Below, piece by piece: positions 49,310 through 58,439 of a DNA stretch of 60,183 bases. The stretch covers positions 28,035 through 88,217 of the forward strand of contig JBFWMA010000010.1 in assembly GCA_050251875.1 (NCBI GenBank). Reading direction: 5' to 3'. The notes under the pieces are model-generated. The model made no database searches and was not told where the DNA came from. It saw only the letters and a list, made by a program, of their open reading frames with translations. The DNA is from Deferribacterales bacterium. GTDB lineage: Bacteria; Chrysiogenota; Deferribacteres; Deferribacterales; Geovibrionaceae. The stretch's first letter is position 1, and every line of letters begins with the position of its first letter. The position numbers and the translations under genes were made by a program.

Positions 49310-49488
49310 TTGTCCCCTCCGCAATGGTTATATATTTCACGGAGGAAGCCGCCACTAATGCCATACCAACCTGGCATAGGCTTAACACCGTTTTCCAGGC
49401 TGATTATCTGTCTGTCAGAGGGGATGACCGTCACAGTTTCAGCGCATCCGGCAGTGAGCAGCAGTATTGAGAAAATCAGGATCTTCAT
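49306..49488 (-). CDS. Small lipoprotein, o-spanin candidate
   Basis: Lipobox LTAGC; in lysis cassette. Confidence 0.6.
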   Translation of the reverse strand: MKILIFSILLLTAGCAETVTVIPSDRQIISLENGVKPMPGWYGISGGFLREIYNHCGGDK

Positions 49489-49649
49489 TAAAACCTCTCG
49501 TTCAGGCTTTTTGTTATCTGCTGCGCATCACTGTTGGCCAGCGCAGTGTCAAGCTGTGTGGCTCTGCGCCTCTCTCTGATAGACTCGTAGCCCTTCAGAA
49601 TAAGAGGCAGCAGTGCCGAAATCAGCTTTATCAGCTCAATAGAGAGCAT
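49488..49649 (-). CDS. Small membrane protein, i-spanin candidate
   Basis: N-terminal hydrophobic helix then short helical tail, directly before the lipoprotein. Confidence 0.45.
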   Translation of the reverse strand: MLSIELIKLISALLPLILKGYESIRERRRATQLDTALANSDAQQITKSLNERF

Positions 49650-49650
49650 G

Positions 49651-50085
49651 CTATTTAACCGCAGTACCTGTGGCGCCAGCGCCGACAACTCTGGCCAGAG
49701 CCGCATGGATTGCTTCGTCAGCCTCTTTATAAGCCAGGGACGGCACAGCCGTTTTCAGTTTTTCTATGGCGGTCTGTTTCTTCTCTTCAGACGACATGCC
49801 CAGCTTTGTCTTTGCCTTAGCGGCGGCTATCTCTGCAACATACTGCACAGCTTCCTCAGCCATCGTCCGGATGTACTGCTGGTTTTCAGCCTTCACCTGT
49901 ATGCCGTATCTCGTCTCCAGACGCTTCAGCAGCAGGGCGACTAATACGCCAACGATGCCTACAACAGACGGGATAACAACGCCATCCAGCAGGCTGGTGA
50001 CAGATGAAGCATAGACTTCATCAACTGTGCAGCCGGTGAGCATCACCATAGCCAGCATCAGTAAAAACAGGATTCTCATTTTCAT
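49651..50085 (-). CDS. Holin-like protein (LL-H-like) with N-terminal lipobox
   Basis: TM helix, AEEAVQYVAE..SSEEKKQTA..IHAAL pattern; follows the endolysin. Confidence 0.6.
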   Translation of the reverse strand: MKMRILFLLMLAMVMLTGCTVDEVYASSVTSLLDGVVIPSVVGIVGVLVALLLKRLETRYGIQVKAENQQYIRTMAEEAVQYVAEIAAAKAKTKLGMSSEEKKQTAIEKLKTAVPSLAYKEADEAIHAALARVVGAGATGTAVK

Positions 50086-50561
50086 GCTTTATCTCCTTCT
50101 GCAAGGCGTGCTTCTACTGCCTTGCGCAGTGTTGATACATCGAAATTAGGACAGGTCTTGCCATGTGCCTGCGCAGTCTCATAGTGCCCAAGCACGTTAG
50201 CGGGGATGATGTTGAATGTTTTACAGAGATGTGTGACCAGTGTAGTGAGTGACGCCATCTGTGCCACGGAGAATGCCTTGACGCCTATTAGACATATACC
50301 GACAGACTTGTCGTTATAGCCGAGTGCGTGTGCTCCGATCTCGTTACCTGTGATCAGGTTGTCGCCGTTTATTACTCTGCCGACCTCTATGTGACCGTCC
50401 ATCTGTGGGATTTTGAGATCAGGAACAAGCTGACCGTTTACTATAACGAAGTGGTAGCCGATGTCTTTCCAGCCACGTTCCAGATGCCACTGGCGAATAA
50501 CAGCAGCGCTGCCGAATGTACTGTCACTGCAATGCACAATGATATTGGTGAATTTTGACAT
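50082..50561 (-). CDS. Endolysin, N-acetylmuramoyl-L-alanine amidase
   Basis: IIVHCSDS, WHLERGWKDIGYHFVI, GAHALGYN..GICLIG, GH..KTCPNF. Confidence 0.92.
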   Translation of the reverse strand: MSKFTNIIVHCSDSTFGSAAVIRQWHLERGWKDIGYHFVIVNGQLVPDLKIPQMDGHIEVGRVINGDNLITGNEIGAHALGYNDKSVGICLIGVKAFSVAQMASLTTLVTHLCKTFNIIPANVLGHYETAQAHGKTCPNFDVSTLRKAVEARLAEGDKA

Positions 50562-50664
50562 GTATTGCCTCCTGATGAAGACAATAACTGATGGTTGTGA
50601 TTATTTCTCTACGGGGGATTTGAAAAAACTATAATCGCTGTATTGCAGAATTGGAGAGGGTTTC

Positions 50665-50693
50665 AGGTTATTTTAATTTAGAAAAGATGTCAA
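50665..50693 (-). promoter_or_regulatory. Possible sigma70-type promoter facing the lysis/late operon
   Basis: Minus strand TTGACA, 17 bp, TAACCT. Confidence 0.35.
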
Positions 50694-50732
50694 GAGGGTA
50701 CAAAAAACGCACATAAGAACGACTAGGTTAAC

Positions 50733-51518
50733 TTATTTGCTTCTTTTTAATTGATGAACCGTATTATACAAAGTTTCTAACTCTTTAGATGTTAAGTCTC
50801 TAATTGATTCTTTTTCAAATTTATCAAAAATAAAATCATCTACATTATGCTTGCTCCAACCAAGCTCATTTTTCGCAATAGCAAAAATATCTCTATATCT
50901 AGACTTTCGATATTCATCATTATTTTTTGGGGCATTACGTTTTATTCGACCATTCCATTGTTGTAAGTAAAGCTTAGCTTCATCAAATCTTTCAGTTGGA
51001 ATTTTTCTATACATAGTGACTTTAAATTTTCTATTCAAGGCTTTCCAAACAGCAGCGTGAGAAGCTGGCTTTTGTTTATACAGTTTCTCATTCTCAACAA
51101 TAGTATCAACAATTTTTTTAAGTTCAGCTCCCTGTTTCTCAGTCAAATCACCTTCGACATAGGTATATTTAACTGTCCTTCTAACTACTGTATTGTTGTA
51201 TACATCTCCATTATGCAATGAGGTTATGTTACCTGTATTTATCACTCCTGCAATATTGTTTGAAATGTTACTCGGTGGTAATAACTCAACTTCTTTCTTT
51301 TTAGGCGAAGCGCTGCCTTTTACTAGTTCATCAATTGTTATTTCACAAAATTCAGCTAGCTTAATTAAAACATCTATTCTGGGTACTTCTTTCCCCTTAA
51401 CATAAGCTGAGACACTACCAACTCCAACGCCTAGTATCAAAGCTAATTCTTTTTGTGTAATTTTATATTCCCTTAATAACTCACTTATAAAACTGCTTAA
51501 TCTTTCCTTAAGTTCCAT
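50733..51518 (-). CDS. Prophage repressor candidate: XRE HTH plus ORF6C-like domain
   Basis: ITQKELALILGV..VSAYVKG..PRIDVLIKLAEF; VWKALNRKFKVTMYRKIPTERFDEAKLYLQQW; divergent from the cro-like gene. Confidence 0.75.
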   Translation of the reverse strand: MELKERLSSFISELLREYKITQKELALILGVGVGSVSAYVKGKEVPRIDVLIKLAEFCEITIDELVKGSASPKKKEVELLPPSNISNNIAGVINTGNITSLHNGDVYNNTVVRRTVKYTYVEGDLTEKQGAELKKIVDTIVENEKLYKQKPASHAAVWKALNRKFKVTMYRKIPTERFDEAKLYLQQWNGRIKRNAPKNNDEYRKSRYRDIFAIAKNELGWSKHNVDDFIFDKFEKESIRDLTSKELETLYNTVHQLKRSK

Positions 51519-51527
51519 TTCAATGAC

Positions 51528-51625
51528 TTCCGTATAACAATTTTAAATTGACATGTTATTCGGAATACCGTATTGTTCTTGTAGCTAGTAAAAACACTAC
51601 TGTTTACACTAATAACATGACAATT
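51528..51625. promoter_or_regulatory. Immunity switch region: opposed promoters and operator-like inverted repeats
   Basis: TTGACA-17-TATTGT (+); aattgacatgttatt / aataacatgacaatt (14/15 inverted); ttccgtataaca / tgttattcggaa (11/12 inverted). Confidence 0.65.
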
Positions 51626-51638
51626 AGGAGAATGCCCC

Positions 51639-51848
51639 ATGTATGAGGATATTGCAATAAGAAAATACGCCAAGCGTATAGAGGAGAGAAGCCAGCTAAA
51701 TCGTAAACGTATTGAGGCTGACCTCACCATGACAGAAATTGCAAAAGAAGCGGGAGTTGCTCTGGCTTCTGTCTCAAATTTTTTCAAAGCAAATATCAAT
51801 TCAAAGAACATCGAAAATACGACCAAAAGACTATTAGGAATCAAGTAG
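51639..51848 (+). CDS. Cro/Ner-like HTH protein
   Basis: LTMTEIAKEAGVALASVSNFF; first early gene. Confidence 0.75.
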   Translation: MYEDIAIRKYAKRIEERSQLNRKRIEADLTMTEIAKEAGVALASVSNFFKANINSKNIENTTKRLLGIK

Positions 51849-51850
51849 CT

Positions 51851-52486
51851 ATGAAAATGATACAAATCCAAACTGGTGTTATGCCTTTCACATATGGCGG
51901 ACTGCAACTGCGTGAGTCTCTGCTCATAAACAGAGTGCCGCATTTCACCCGTAGGGCTATCGGCGAACTGCTGGAATATGCCAAGCCTCAGGAGGCGATT
52001 GATAAAATCATCGATCGTAATCCACATATTCGAGACTTCGCAGTGGTCGTCAAGTTGACTACCACTGATGAGTGTTCGCACCCCAAACTGGGGTGTGAAC
52101 AAAGAACAAGAATAAGAGAAATTGACACCGAGGTCTATGACCCCATCGGTATGCAGCTCATTGTTTTTGAGAGCAGGCAACCGAAAGCGGTTGAATACAA
52201 AATCGCCGTAGCAACACTGGTCAGCGATCTTGTCAGTGGGCGTTATGTAGTTAAGCGATGCGAGGAGTTTGCGCAGAAAATCAACTCTGTCATACACCGT
52301 CATGAATCCAAATACGGTTGCCACTTCCACTGGATGAGCAGTGACGAATTTGAGCGATATGAAGAGCTTATGAAACTGACTCCAAAAATGCCAGTAAAGT
52401 ACATTGCAGCGTTGACACACATTAAGCCGTGGCGCATCCACTATTGGCGCAAACAGATTCGTCAAGCCAATGCGACAAGGGGATAA
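51851..52486 (+). CDS. Antirepressor-like (Bro-N-like) protein
   Basis: FTRRAIGELLEYAKPQEAIDKIIDRN..SRQPKA. Confidence 0.6.
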   Translation: MKMIQIQTGVMPFTYGGLQLRESLLINRVPHFTRRAIGELLEYAKPQEAIDKIIDRNPHIRDFAVVVKLTTTDECSHPKLGCEQRTRIREIDTEVYDPIGMQLIVFESRQPKAVEYKIAVATLVSDLVSGRYVVKRCEEFAQKINSVIHRHESKYGCHFHWMSSDEFERYEELMKLTPKMPVKYIAALTHIKPWRIHYWRKQIRQANATRG

Positions 52487-52489
52487 ACC

Positions 52490-52726
52490 ATGAAGCAGAT
52501 CATAAAGGTATATCAAGACCATATTGCTGAAATTGAGTTTCATACAGAAAACCTCACAATGCAGTGGCATGTATACACAGCAGACTTTGAGTCACATAGC
52601 TCAGTACAGCGGTTTTCATCACAGGCGGCGTTCGCATTAGCGTTAAGCATAGTATCGTTCTCTCCTGAAACTATTGGTTGGCCTCCCAGTGATAACAACA
52701 CACTGGGAGGATTTCTTCAACCTTAG
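52490..52726 (+). CDS. Hypothetical phage protein
   Basis: ORF with RBS in the early operon. Confidence 0.45.
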   Translation: MKQIIKVYQDHIAEIEFHTENLTMQWHVYTADFESHSSVQRFSSQAAFALALSIVSFSPETIGWPPSDNNTLGGFLQP

Positions 52727-52765
52727 TATTTTCAGGGAGTTACACCAATATAGGAGACAACCACG

Positions 52766-53260
52766 ATGATATTAAAAAGACTTCCAAACTTGAAAGACGT
52801 TGACTTTCAGCAGGCTAAAGAACTGGCAAAGGCATACAGCACAGCCAGTTTTAAAGACTTGTCTGTCGGCACAGGGATTCCATCCAGCACGCTTCAGCGT
52901 ATGTTTACAGACCCGGATTACCACCCCGGTGCCGGCAACATACCGATGCTGTGCAACGCTCTCGGAAACACAGTGATGGTGGACTGGATGGCGGAGAAGC
53001 TGGATGCAAGACTGGTGTTCAACAGCGAACTGAAACCCACAGAAGAAAACATTCAGCAACACGTTGCGCGGGTTATGAAAGAGTTCTCGGAAGCAATGGC
53101 AGATGATGCCGAAGCTCGCATGGACGGTATTTACACTATTGCCGAGCTGGAAATCCTCGAAGCGGATTTTAACAACGTTATCAACGCAGCATACGCCGCC
53201 AGGGAACGTATACGCAAGCGCAGGCTGGAGCTGAAGATGAAAGAGGAAAACAATGGCTAA
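52766..53260 (+). CDS. Phage regulatory CII-like protein
   Basis: HTH-like N-terminus; VMKEFSEAM..DGIYTIAELE. Confidence 0.6.
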   Translation: MILKRLPNLKDVDFQQAKELAKAYSTASFKDLSVGTGIPSSTLQRMFTDPDYHPGAGNIPMLCNALGNTVMVDWMAEKLDARLVFNSELKPTEENIQQHVARVMKEFSEAMADDAEARMDGIYTIAELEILEADFNNVINAAYAARERIRKRRLELKMKEENNG

Positions 53261-53546
53261 AGTAGGCGCATACAAAGAACTGACCACTGTGACCACAGCG
53301 CTGGACATTCTTGATGTACTGAGTATGCAGAAACAACCCATGTCAACATCAGCCGTGGCAGATGCTATTGCCGCAACATACGTCACAGCGAAAAACTATC
53401 TTACAACGCTGGAAAATCGAAAATACGTAAGGTGCGTAGGGGGAGAATGGGAACTTGGTCAGGAAATCAGCATACTCTGCGCACGCAGAAAAGCGAAGCT
53501 GATGGCGACACAGAACAGCATCAGTAGGGAGCTGGAAGATGTCTAG
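53253..53546 (+). CDS. IclR-type winged HTH protein
   Basis: ALDILDVLS..STSAVADAI..AKNYLTTLE..WELG. Confidence 0.7.
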   Translation: MAKVGAYKELTTVTTALDILDVLSMQKQPMSTSAVADAIAATYVTAKNYLTTLENRKYVRCVGGEWELGQEISILCARRKAKLMATQNSISRELEDV

Positions 53547-53751
53547 GACAACATTACCCACAGACGTGATCAGCCTTCTGGGTCACTGCGCTCAGTGTCG
53601 CAGCGAGAACAAGAAGATACTGAAAACCAACGACGGCTGGACAGCCGCATTCTTCTGCGACGCTCAGTATTGCCCTGCATTCAGAGATGGTGAACGTCCG
53701 GCAGGTGTTCTTCTTACAGCAAAGCAGGCAGACAAGATTATAATTCGCTGA
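53539..53751 (+). CDS. Small Cys-containing hypothetical protein
   Basis: HCAQC and CDAQYCP. Confidence 0.5.
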   Translation: MSRTTLPTDVISLLGHCAQCRSENKKILKTNDGWTAAFFCDAQYCPAFRDGERPAGVLLTAKQADKIIIR

Positions 53752-53767
53752 GATTTTGGAGAGAGAT

Positions 53768-54784
53768 ATGGAAAGAAAAAAGAAAAGCACAGTAACACCG
53801 GCACAGGCGGCGGTAGACAGGGTAGAGCTAGACACGCTCACAGCAGAAATGCTGGTGGCTGAAGAGACCGTCGCAGAAAACCTTCCGACAGATCAGCATG
53901 AACGTGAAGCTCTTATAGCTGAAGCATACAAGCTGACAGGGCGTATTGAAGGTATTAACTTTATTTCAAAAGTGGCGACTGTCGCCAGTTTGATGCTGCT
54001 TAAAAAAATCAAAGAAGAAAAGATATACAAGCAAATGCCTAATGTTGGCACATGGGAAAACTACTGCCAGTCAATAGGTTATTCACGCAGACAAATAGAT
54101 GAAAACTTACAGAACCTTGAGGTTATGGGTGAGGAGTTTCTGGCGACGGTCGCCACTTTTGGTCTTGGCTACAGAGAACTGAGACAGCTCCGCAGCGCAG
54201 CCGGTGACGGCAAGCTGGAAGTCACAGACAACAGCATAGTCATAGCCAGTGGAGATGTCACAGAGACAATACCACTAAATGATAAAGACGAAGTGAAAGA
54301 CGCTCTGGAAAGGTTGCTCTCATCAAAAGATAAAGAACTGGAAAAGGAGCGCCAGGCAACAAAGGCCGCTCAGAAAGTCGCAAAGGCTAAGGATGACACC
54401 ATAAACAAAATGGGTAAAGACCTCGCAGCATACGAAGCCGCCGCTGATGCCACAGGGCTGTCTGCTGACGAGAGTAAGTTCATCCGCAATATCCAGAATA
54501 TCAAAATCCTTTTGACCGGACAACTGGTAAAACTGGAACGACATAACCTGCCAGACAACATGACACCTGCAATGGAGAAGGAATTCATTTCCGTCACCAA
54601 AGCCATATACGAACATATATCAGATATACGCCTCGGGTTTGTTTATGATGAAAGCGAGATAAAGGACGAGCCTGAGTTACCATGCACAACATGTGCCAAC
54701 GAAGCAGAGTGTGGGCGTACACGTTTTTACAGCACAGGTTACGATACATACGCATGCGACAATAAAACATCGAAGGGCGAATAA
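53768..54784 (+). CDS. Mu-like early protein (DUF3102-like) preceding the transposase
   Basis: LLKKIKE..TWENYCQSIGYSRRQIDE..LGYRELRQLR; synteny. Confidence 0.6.
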   Translation: MERKKKSTVTPAQAAVDRVELDTLTAEMLVAEETVAENLPTDQHEREALIAEAYKLTGRIEGINFISKVATVASLMLLKKIKEEKIYKQMPNVGTWENYCQSIGYSRRQIDENLQNLEVMGEEFLATVATFGLGYRELRQLRSAAGDGKLEVTDNSIVIASGDVTETIPLNDKDEVKDALERLLSSKDKELEKERQATKAAQKVAKAKDDTINKMGKDLAAYEAAADATGLSADESKFIRNIQNIKILLTGQLVKLERHNLPDNMTPAMEKEFISVTKAIYEHISDIRLGFVYDESEIKDEPELPCTTCANEAECGRTRFYSTGYDTYACDNKTSKGE

Positions 54785-56454
54785 TGTGGGAGCAAGATCT
54801 TGCGGACAGCCTTGCGTCCACAGCAAGCTCGTCCGCACGTAACGCAATTATAGAAGAGTACAGCAAGCTAACAGGTTTAAGTAAAAGCACTCTGTACCGT
54901 AAGGCAAAACAACACGGCTTTTCAGCGGGCAGAAAGCAGAGGGCAGATAAGGGAAAATGTGTACTGAATGACTACCAGATCCAGTTTGTACATGCACTGA
55001 TAGTCGGGTCTGTAAGAGAGAAGAAAGGCTACATCATGCCGACAAATGAAGCGCTTAGAATAGCTGAAAAGAACAACGTAATAGAACCGGGCTCAGTAAC
55101 AGCAAGCACGCTGAACAGAATACTCAAGGAGAGGCAGATGGATAAAAAAACCATGCAGACACAAAAGCCTGCGGTTCAGATGCAGAGCCGGCACCCGAAT
55201 GACGTTCATCTGGTGGACTCGTCCGTTTGTATTCAGTATTACCTGAAGGACGGTAAGCTGGAAATTCGTAGCGAAAAAGACCTGTATAAAAATAAGATAG
55301 ACAACTTCAAGAAGATTAAAAGACGACTGACAAGATATGTATTGGTAGACCACTACAGCGGCGCATTGTTTGTAAAATATTATTACTCTGAAGGGGAGAC
55401 GCAGGCAGACTTATTTGATTTTCTCATATCATGCTGGGAATCAAAAGACCAGAAAAGCCCGTTCCGTGGCGTGCCTAAGCAGCTCATGCGAGATCACGGT
55501 TCTGCAAACATGAGCAAAGCTATCATGGGCTGGCTCTCATATCTCAATGTCTCAACACCGAAGAGCACACCTTACCAGTCACAGATACAGGGCGCTGTTG
55601 AGCGCATGCATAACTTTGTTGAGTGTAGCTTTGAGAGCGGTCTGCGGTTGCAGCCTGCCAGCTCATTGGAAGACATTAACACATGGGTTATGGATTGGTG
55701 TACGGCGATAAATGCAGAACGTATACACAGTAGACACGGCCAGACCAGAAACGCTCTATGGTTAAAGATAAAACCGGAACAGCTTATTAACCTGCCTCAG
55801 CGTGAGCTGTTGCAGGATCTCTTCAGACAGCCGGAAGTCCCCAGAACTGTTACGGCGGAATATTCCATACCGTTCCGCACACTGGACTATGACCTGCGCA
55901 TGATCCCCGGCATCATCCCACGCAAGAGCCAGGTGATGGTTGTACTGCGTGTTTTCGAGTGGCCTAAGATCGGCGTGGTGTTCAACGGTCAGGAATACAT
56001 CGCAGAACCCATTCAAAAGAATGAGGCGGGATTCAGAGCCGATGCTCCTGTGATAGGGCATGAATATAAAGCCATGCCGGAATCGGCAGCACAACAGCAC
56101 ATGAAAGCAGCAGAGAACCTGGCATATGGAGATGAGCGTAAGAAAGGCGATGTGGCGTTCGGTGGTACTCTGAATGTCATGGGCAACCGTGCAGAGAACA
56201 TCACTGACTACATCACCAGAACAGGTATGGATCATCAGATTTCAAAGGCTGACGTCGTAACTGACAGACGCATATCAATCATAGAATTACTGGACAGAAT
56301 TTCAAAACGTCTCGGTTCTATACCGAAAGAACTGAATCAGGAACTGAAAGAGAAATACGGTTCATCCGTTTCTGTCAAAGAGGCCGAGAAAATCATATGG
56401 GAAGTAACAGAAGGAGGAGGCAATGCAGGCACTACTGAAGCGCTGTCTTCGTGA
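54784..56454 (+). CDS. DDE transposase (MuA-equivalent)
   Basis: SKSTLYR HTH, RKQRADKG, catalytic HLVDSS / MRDHGS / GAVERMH. Confidence 0.9.
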   Translation: MWEQDLADSLASTASSSARNAIIEEYSKLTGLSKSTLYRKAKQHGFSAGRKQRADKGKCVLNDYQIQFVHALIVGSVREKKGYIMPTNEALRIAEKNNVIEPGSVTASTLNRILKERQMDKKTMQTQKPAVQMQSRHPNDVHLVDSSVCIQYYLKDGKLEIRSEKDLYKNKIDNFKKIKRRLTRYVLVDHYSGALFVKYYYSEGETQADLFDFLISCWESKDQKSPFRGVPKQLMRDHGSANMSKAIMGWLSYLNVSTPKSTPYQSQIQGAVERMHNFVECSFESGLRLQPASSLEDINTWVMDWCTAINAERIHSRHGQTRNALWLKIKPEQLINLPQRELLQDLFRQPEVPRTVTAEYSIPFRTLDYDLRMIPGIIPRKSQVMVVLRVFEWPKIGVVFNGQEYIAEPIQKNEAGFRADAPVIGHEYKAMPESAAQQHMKAAENLAYGDERKKGDVAFGGTLNVMGNRAENITDYITRTGMDHQISKADVVTDRRISIIELLDRISKRLGSIPKELNQELKEKYGSSVSVKEAEKIIWEVTEGGGNAGTTEALSS

Positions 56455-57604
56455 AGTCGGATACAGTCAGAGACAGTTTGCGGCCACAGCGGATGTGAAT
56501 GTCACTTCGCTCAATTTAGCCATCGGAGGCACATTTCCTAAGAAGCTGGAAGCATTCAAGAATAAGGTCGCCGCCGCAGTTCAGGCAGACCAGAAGATAA
56601 TATCATGGCTGTCTGGCAGAAACTTCACAGTTGACGACATCTGGAATGACGACAACCAGACAGCAAAGAAAGCTCATAAGACAGGAAATTTATATGAAAG
56701 AAAAAAACCATTTCGCTTGGGAAACCCTGACGAACTGGAAATATCAGAGGAGGCAGAGATGCTGACAAGCAACACTATGAAACACTTTAAGATATTCCGA
56801 AATCCTTTCTCTGCGGACATATCAAGTGTGGACGACATCTTCTATAGTGAAGACCATTATTTTGCAAAAGAGATGATACTTGATACAGCCCGCAACGCTG
56901 GCTTCTGTGCCATAGACGGTGAGGTCGGCTGTGGAAAGAGTGTCATGAGAAAGGCAGCTGTGGCAGAACTCCATGATGAAAACATAGGAGTAATATACCC
57001 TGTGATTCTGGATAAATCCCGCATCACTCCGGCATCATTACTGGATGCGATCATAATGGACTTAGTTAACGAAAAGCCTAAGGTGAGGCTGGAGCCTAAA
57101 ACCAGACAGGCTCTGCAACTGCTCAGAGACAGAGCAGCCACAGGCCTGAAACAGGTGCTTATTATCGAAGAAGCGCATTTGTTAGACATCTCTGCATTTA
57201 AGGCTCTCAAGCAGATCAGCGAACTGGAAGACGGGTTTAAAAAACTCTGCGGCATCGTTTTGATAGGTCAGACGGAACTCAAATATTTATTGGATGATAG
57301 ACGTCATGAGATGCGTGAGGTCACACGAAGAGTCACACCTGCGCATATCACAGGCATGATTGGTGATGAGGTTGAAAACTATCTGATTCACAAATTCAAA
57401 AGAGCTGGAATACAGGCAAACAAAGTATTTTCGGAAGATGCGTATGCAGCGTTTCTGCGTAGGCTAAGAGGCGTAGACGGCGCAGGACGTGACGAATATC
57501 AGACATACCCGCTGTCTATCAACAGCCTGGCGGCAAAGGCGATGAACAAAGCCGCACGCATAGGTGAAGAGCGGGTAACAGCAGACATAGTTCTGTCAGC
57601 GTGA
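56423..57604 (+). CDS. ExeA-like AAA ATPase with N-terminal HTH (MuB-equivalent)
   Basis: Walker A GEVGCGKS, Walker B LIIEEAH, IVLIGQTEL. Confidence 0.88.
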   Translation: MQALLKRCLREVGYSQRQFAATADVNVTSLNLAIGGTFPKKLEAFKNKVAAAVQADQKIISWLSGRNFTVDDIWNDDNQTAKKAHKTGNLYERKKPFRLGNPDELEISEEAEMLTSNTMKHFKIFRNPFSADISSVDDIFYSEDHYFAKEMILDTARNAGFCAIDGEVGCGKSVMRKAAVAELHDENIGVIYPVILDKSRITPASLLDAIIMDLVNEKPKVRLEPKTRQALQLLRDRAATGLKQVLIIEEAHLLDISAFKALKQISELEDGFKKLCGIVLIGQTELKYLLDDRRHEMREVTRRVTPAHITGMIGDEVENYLIHKFKRAGIQANKVFSEDAYAAFLRRLRGVDGAGRDEYQTYPLSINSLAAKAMNKAARIGEERVTADIVLSA

Positions 57605-57612
57605 GGTGAGCT

Positions 57613-57834
57613 ATGGGACTGGAAACAGAAAGAAGAGAGAAGATTATGGCAAATATCCAGAGACTGAGAACGGCAGTGCTGGATGCAACAGACTATGAAA
57701 CATTCGAGATGATAGCAACAAGAGACATCCTGCCCGATATAGACGTGTTTGATCTACTGGATGAGTTCAATGCCCAGGGCGGAACATGTCTGGTTGCATA
57801 CTATCGCAACATGAAAGGAGTGGCGCATGGCTAA
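57613..57834 (+). CDS. Hypothetical phage protein
   Basis: gaggtg RBS, coupled to the next gene. Confidence 0.55.
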   Translation: MGLETERREKIMANIQRLRTAVLDATDYETFEMIATRDILPDIDVFDLLDEFNAQGGTCLVAYYRNMKGVAHG

Positions 57835-58438
57835 GAAAGACGGAAACGGATTCTGGCTGGATGCAACCGGACTGCCGGTACCGCAGAAGCACGTTAAGCC
57901 TGAAGACAAGGAACGTGACAAGATAGTGGAATCACTCACTAAGAAAGCCATAGAGCTGTCTGACAAACTGAAGGCTTTTAAACAGGCGTGTTTTAATGAT
58001 GTCGAAGATTTCATATCAAAACTGGAAGACGACTATGGCATAAGCGCACGCACCAAAGAAGGCAATAAAACACTGAGGTCTTTCAGCGGCGACATGAAGA
58101 TAGAAGTCAGCACAGCAAAGTTTATTGACTTTGATGAGAAGCTGATACTGGCGAAGGAACTGATAGATGGCTGTATAGAGAAATGGTCTAGGGACAGCCG
58201 CAGTGAAATTGTCGTTCTGGTGCGTGACGCATTCAAGGTGGACAAGAAAGGCAAGATTGACAGGGACAGAGTTATCGGACTGCGCAAGCTGAAGATCAAA
58301 GATGCAGACTGGGTAAAGGCTATGGACATCATTGCAGACAGCCAGACCGTGGTCGGTAAGCGCCAGTATGTGCAGTTCTGGACACAGGCAGAGGACGGCA
58401 CATGGACGTCTATACCGCTGGATATAGCGAGGCTGTGA
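57827..58438 (+). CDS. DUF3164 family protein of Mu-like phages
   Basis: FWLDATGLPVP..EGNKTLRSFSG..AKELIDGC..AFKVDKKG..IPLDIA. Confidence 0.85.
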   Translation: MAKKDGNGFWLDATGLPVPQKHVKPEDKERDKIVESLTKKAIELSDKLKAFKQACFNDVEDFISKLEDDYGISARTKEGNKTLRSFSGDMKIEVSTAKFIDFDEKLILAKELIDGCIEKWSRDSRSEIVVLVRDAFKVDKKGKIDRDRVIGLRKLKIKDADWVKAMDIIADSQTVVGKRQYVQFWTQAEDGTWTSIPLDIARL

Positions 58439-58439
58439 G

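Noticed and set aside
51497..52570. 357-aa minus-strand ORF
   Set aside because: Antisense shadow of the cro-like and antirepressor-like genes; crosses the promoter region and has no recognisable motifs.
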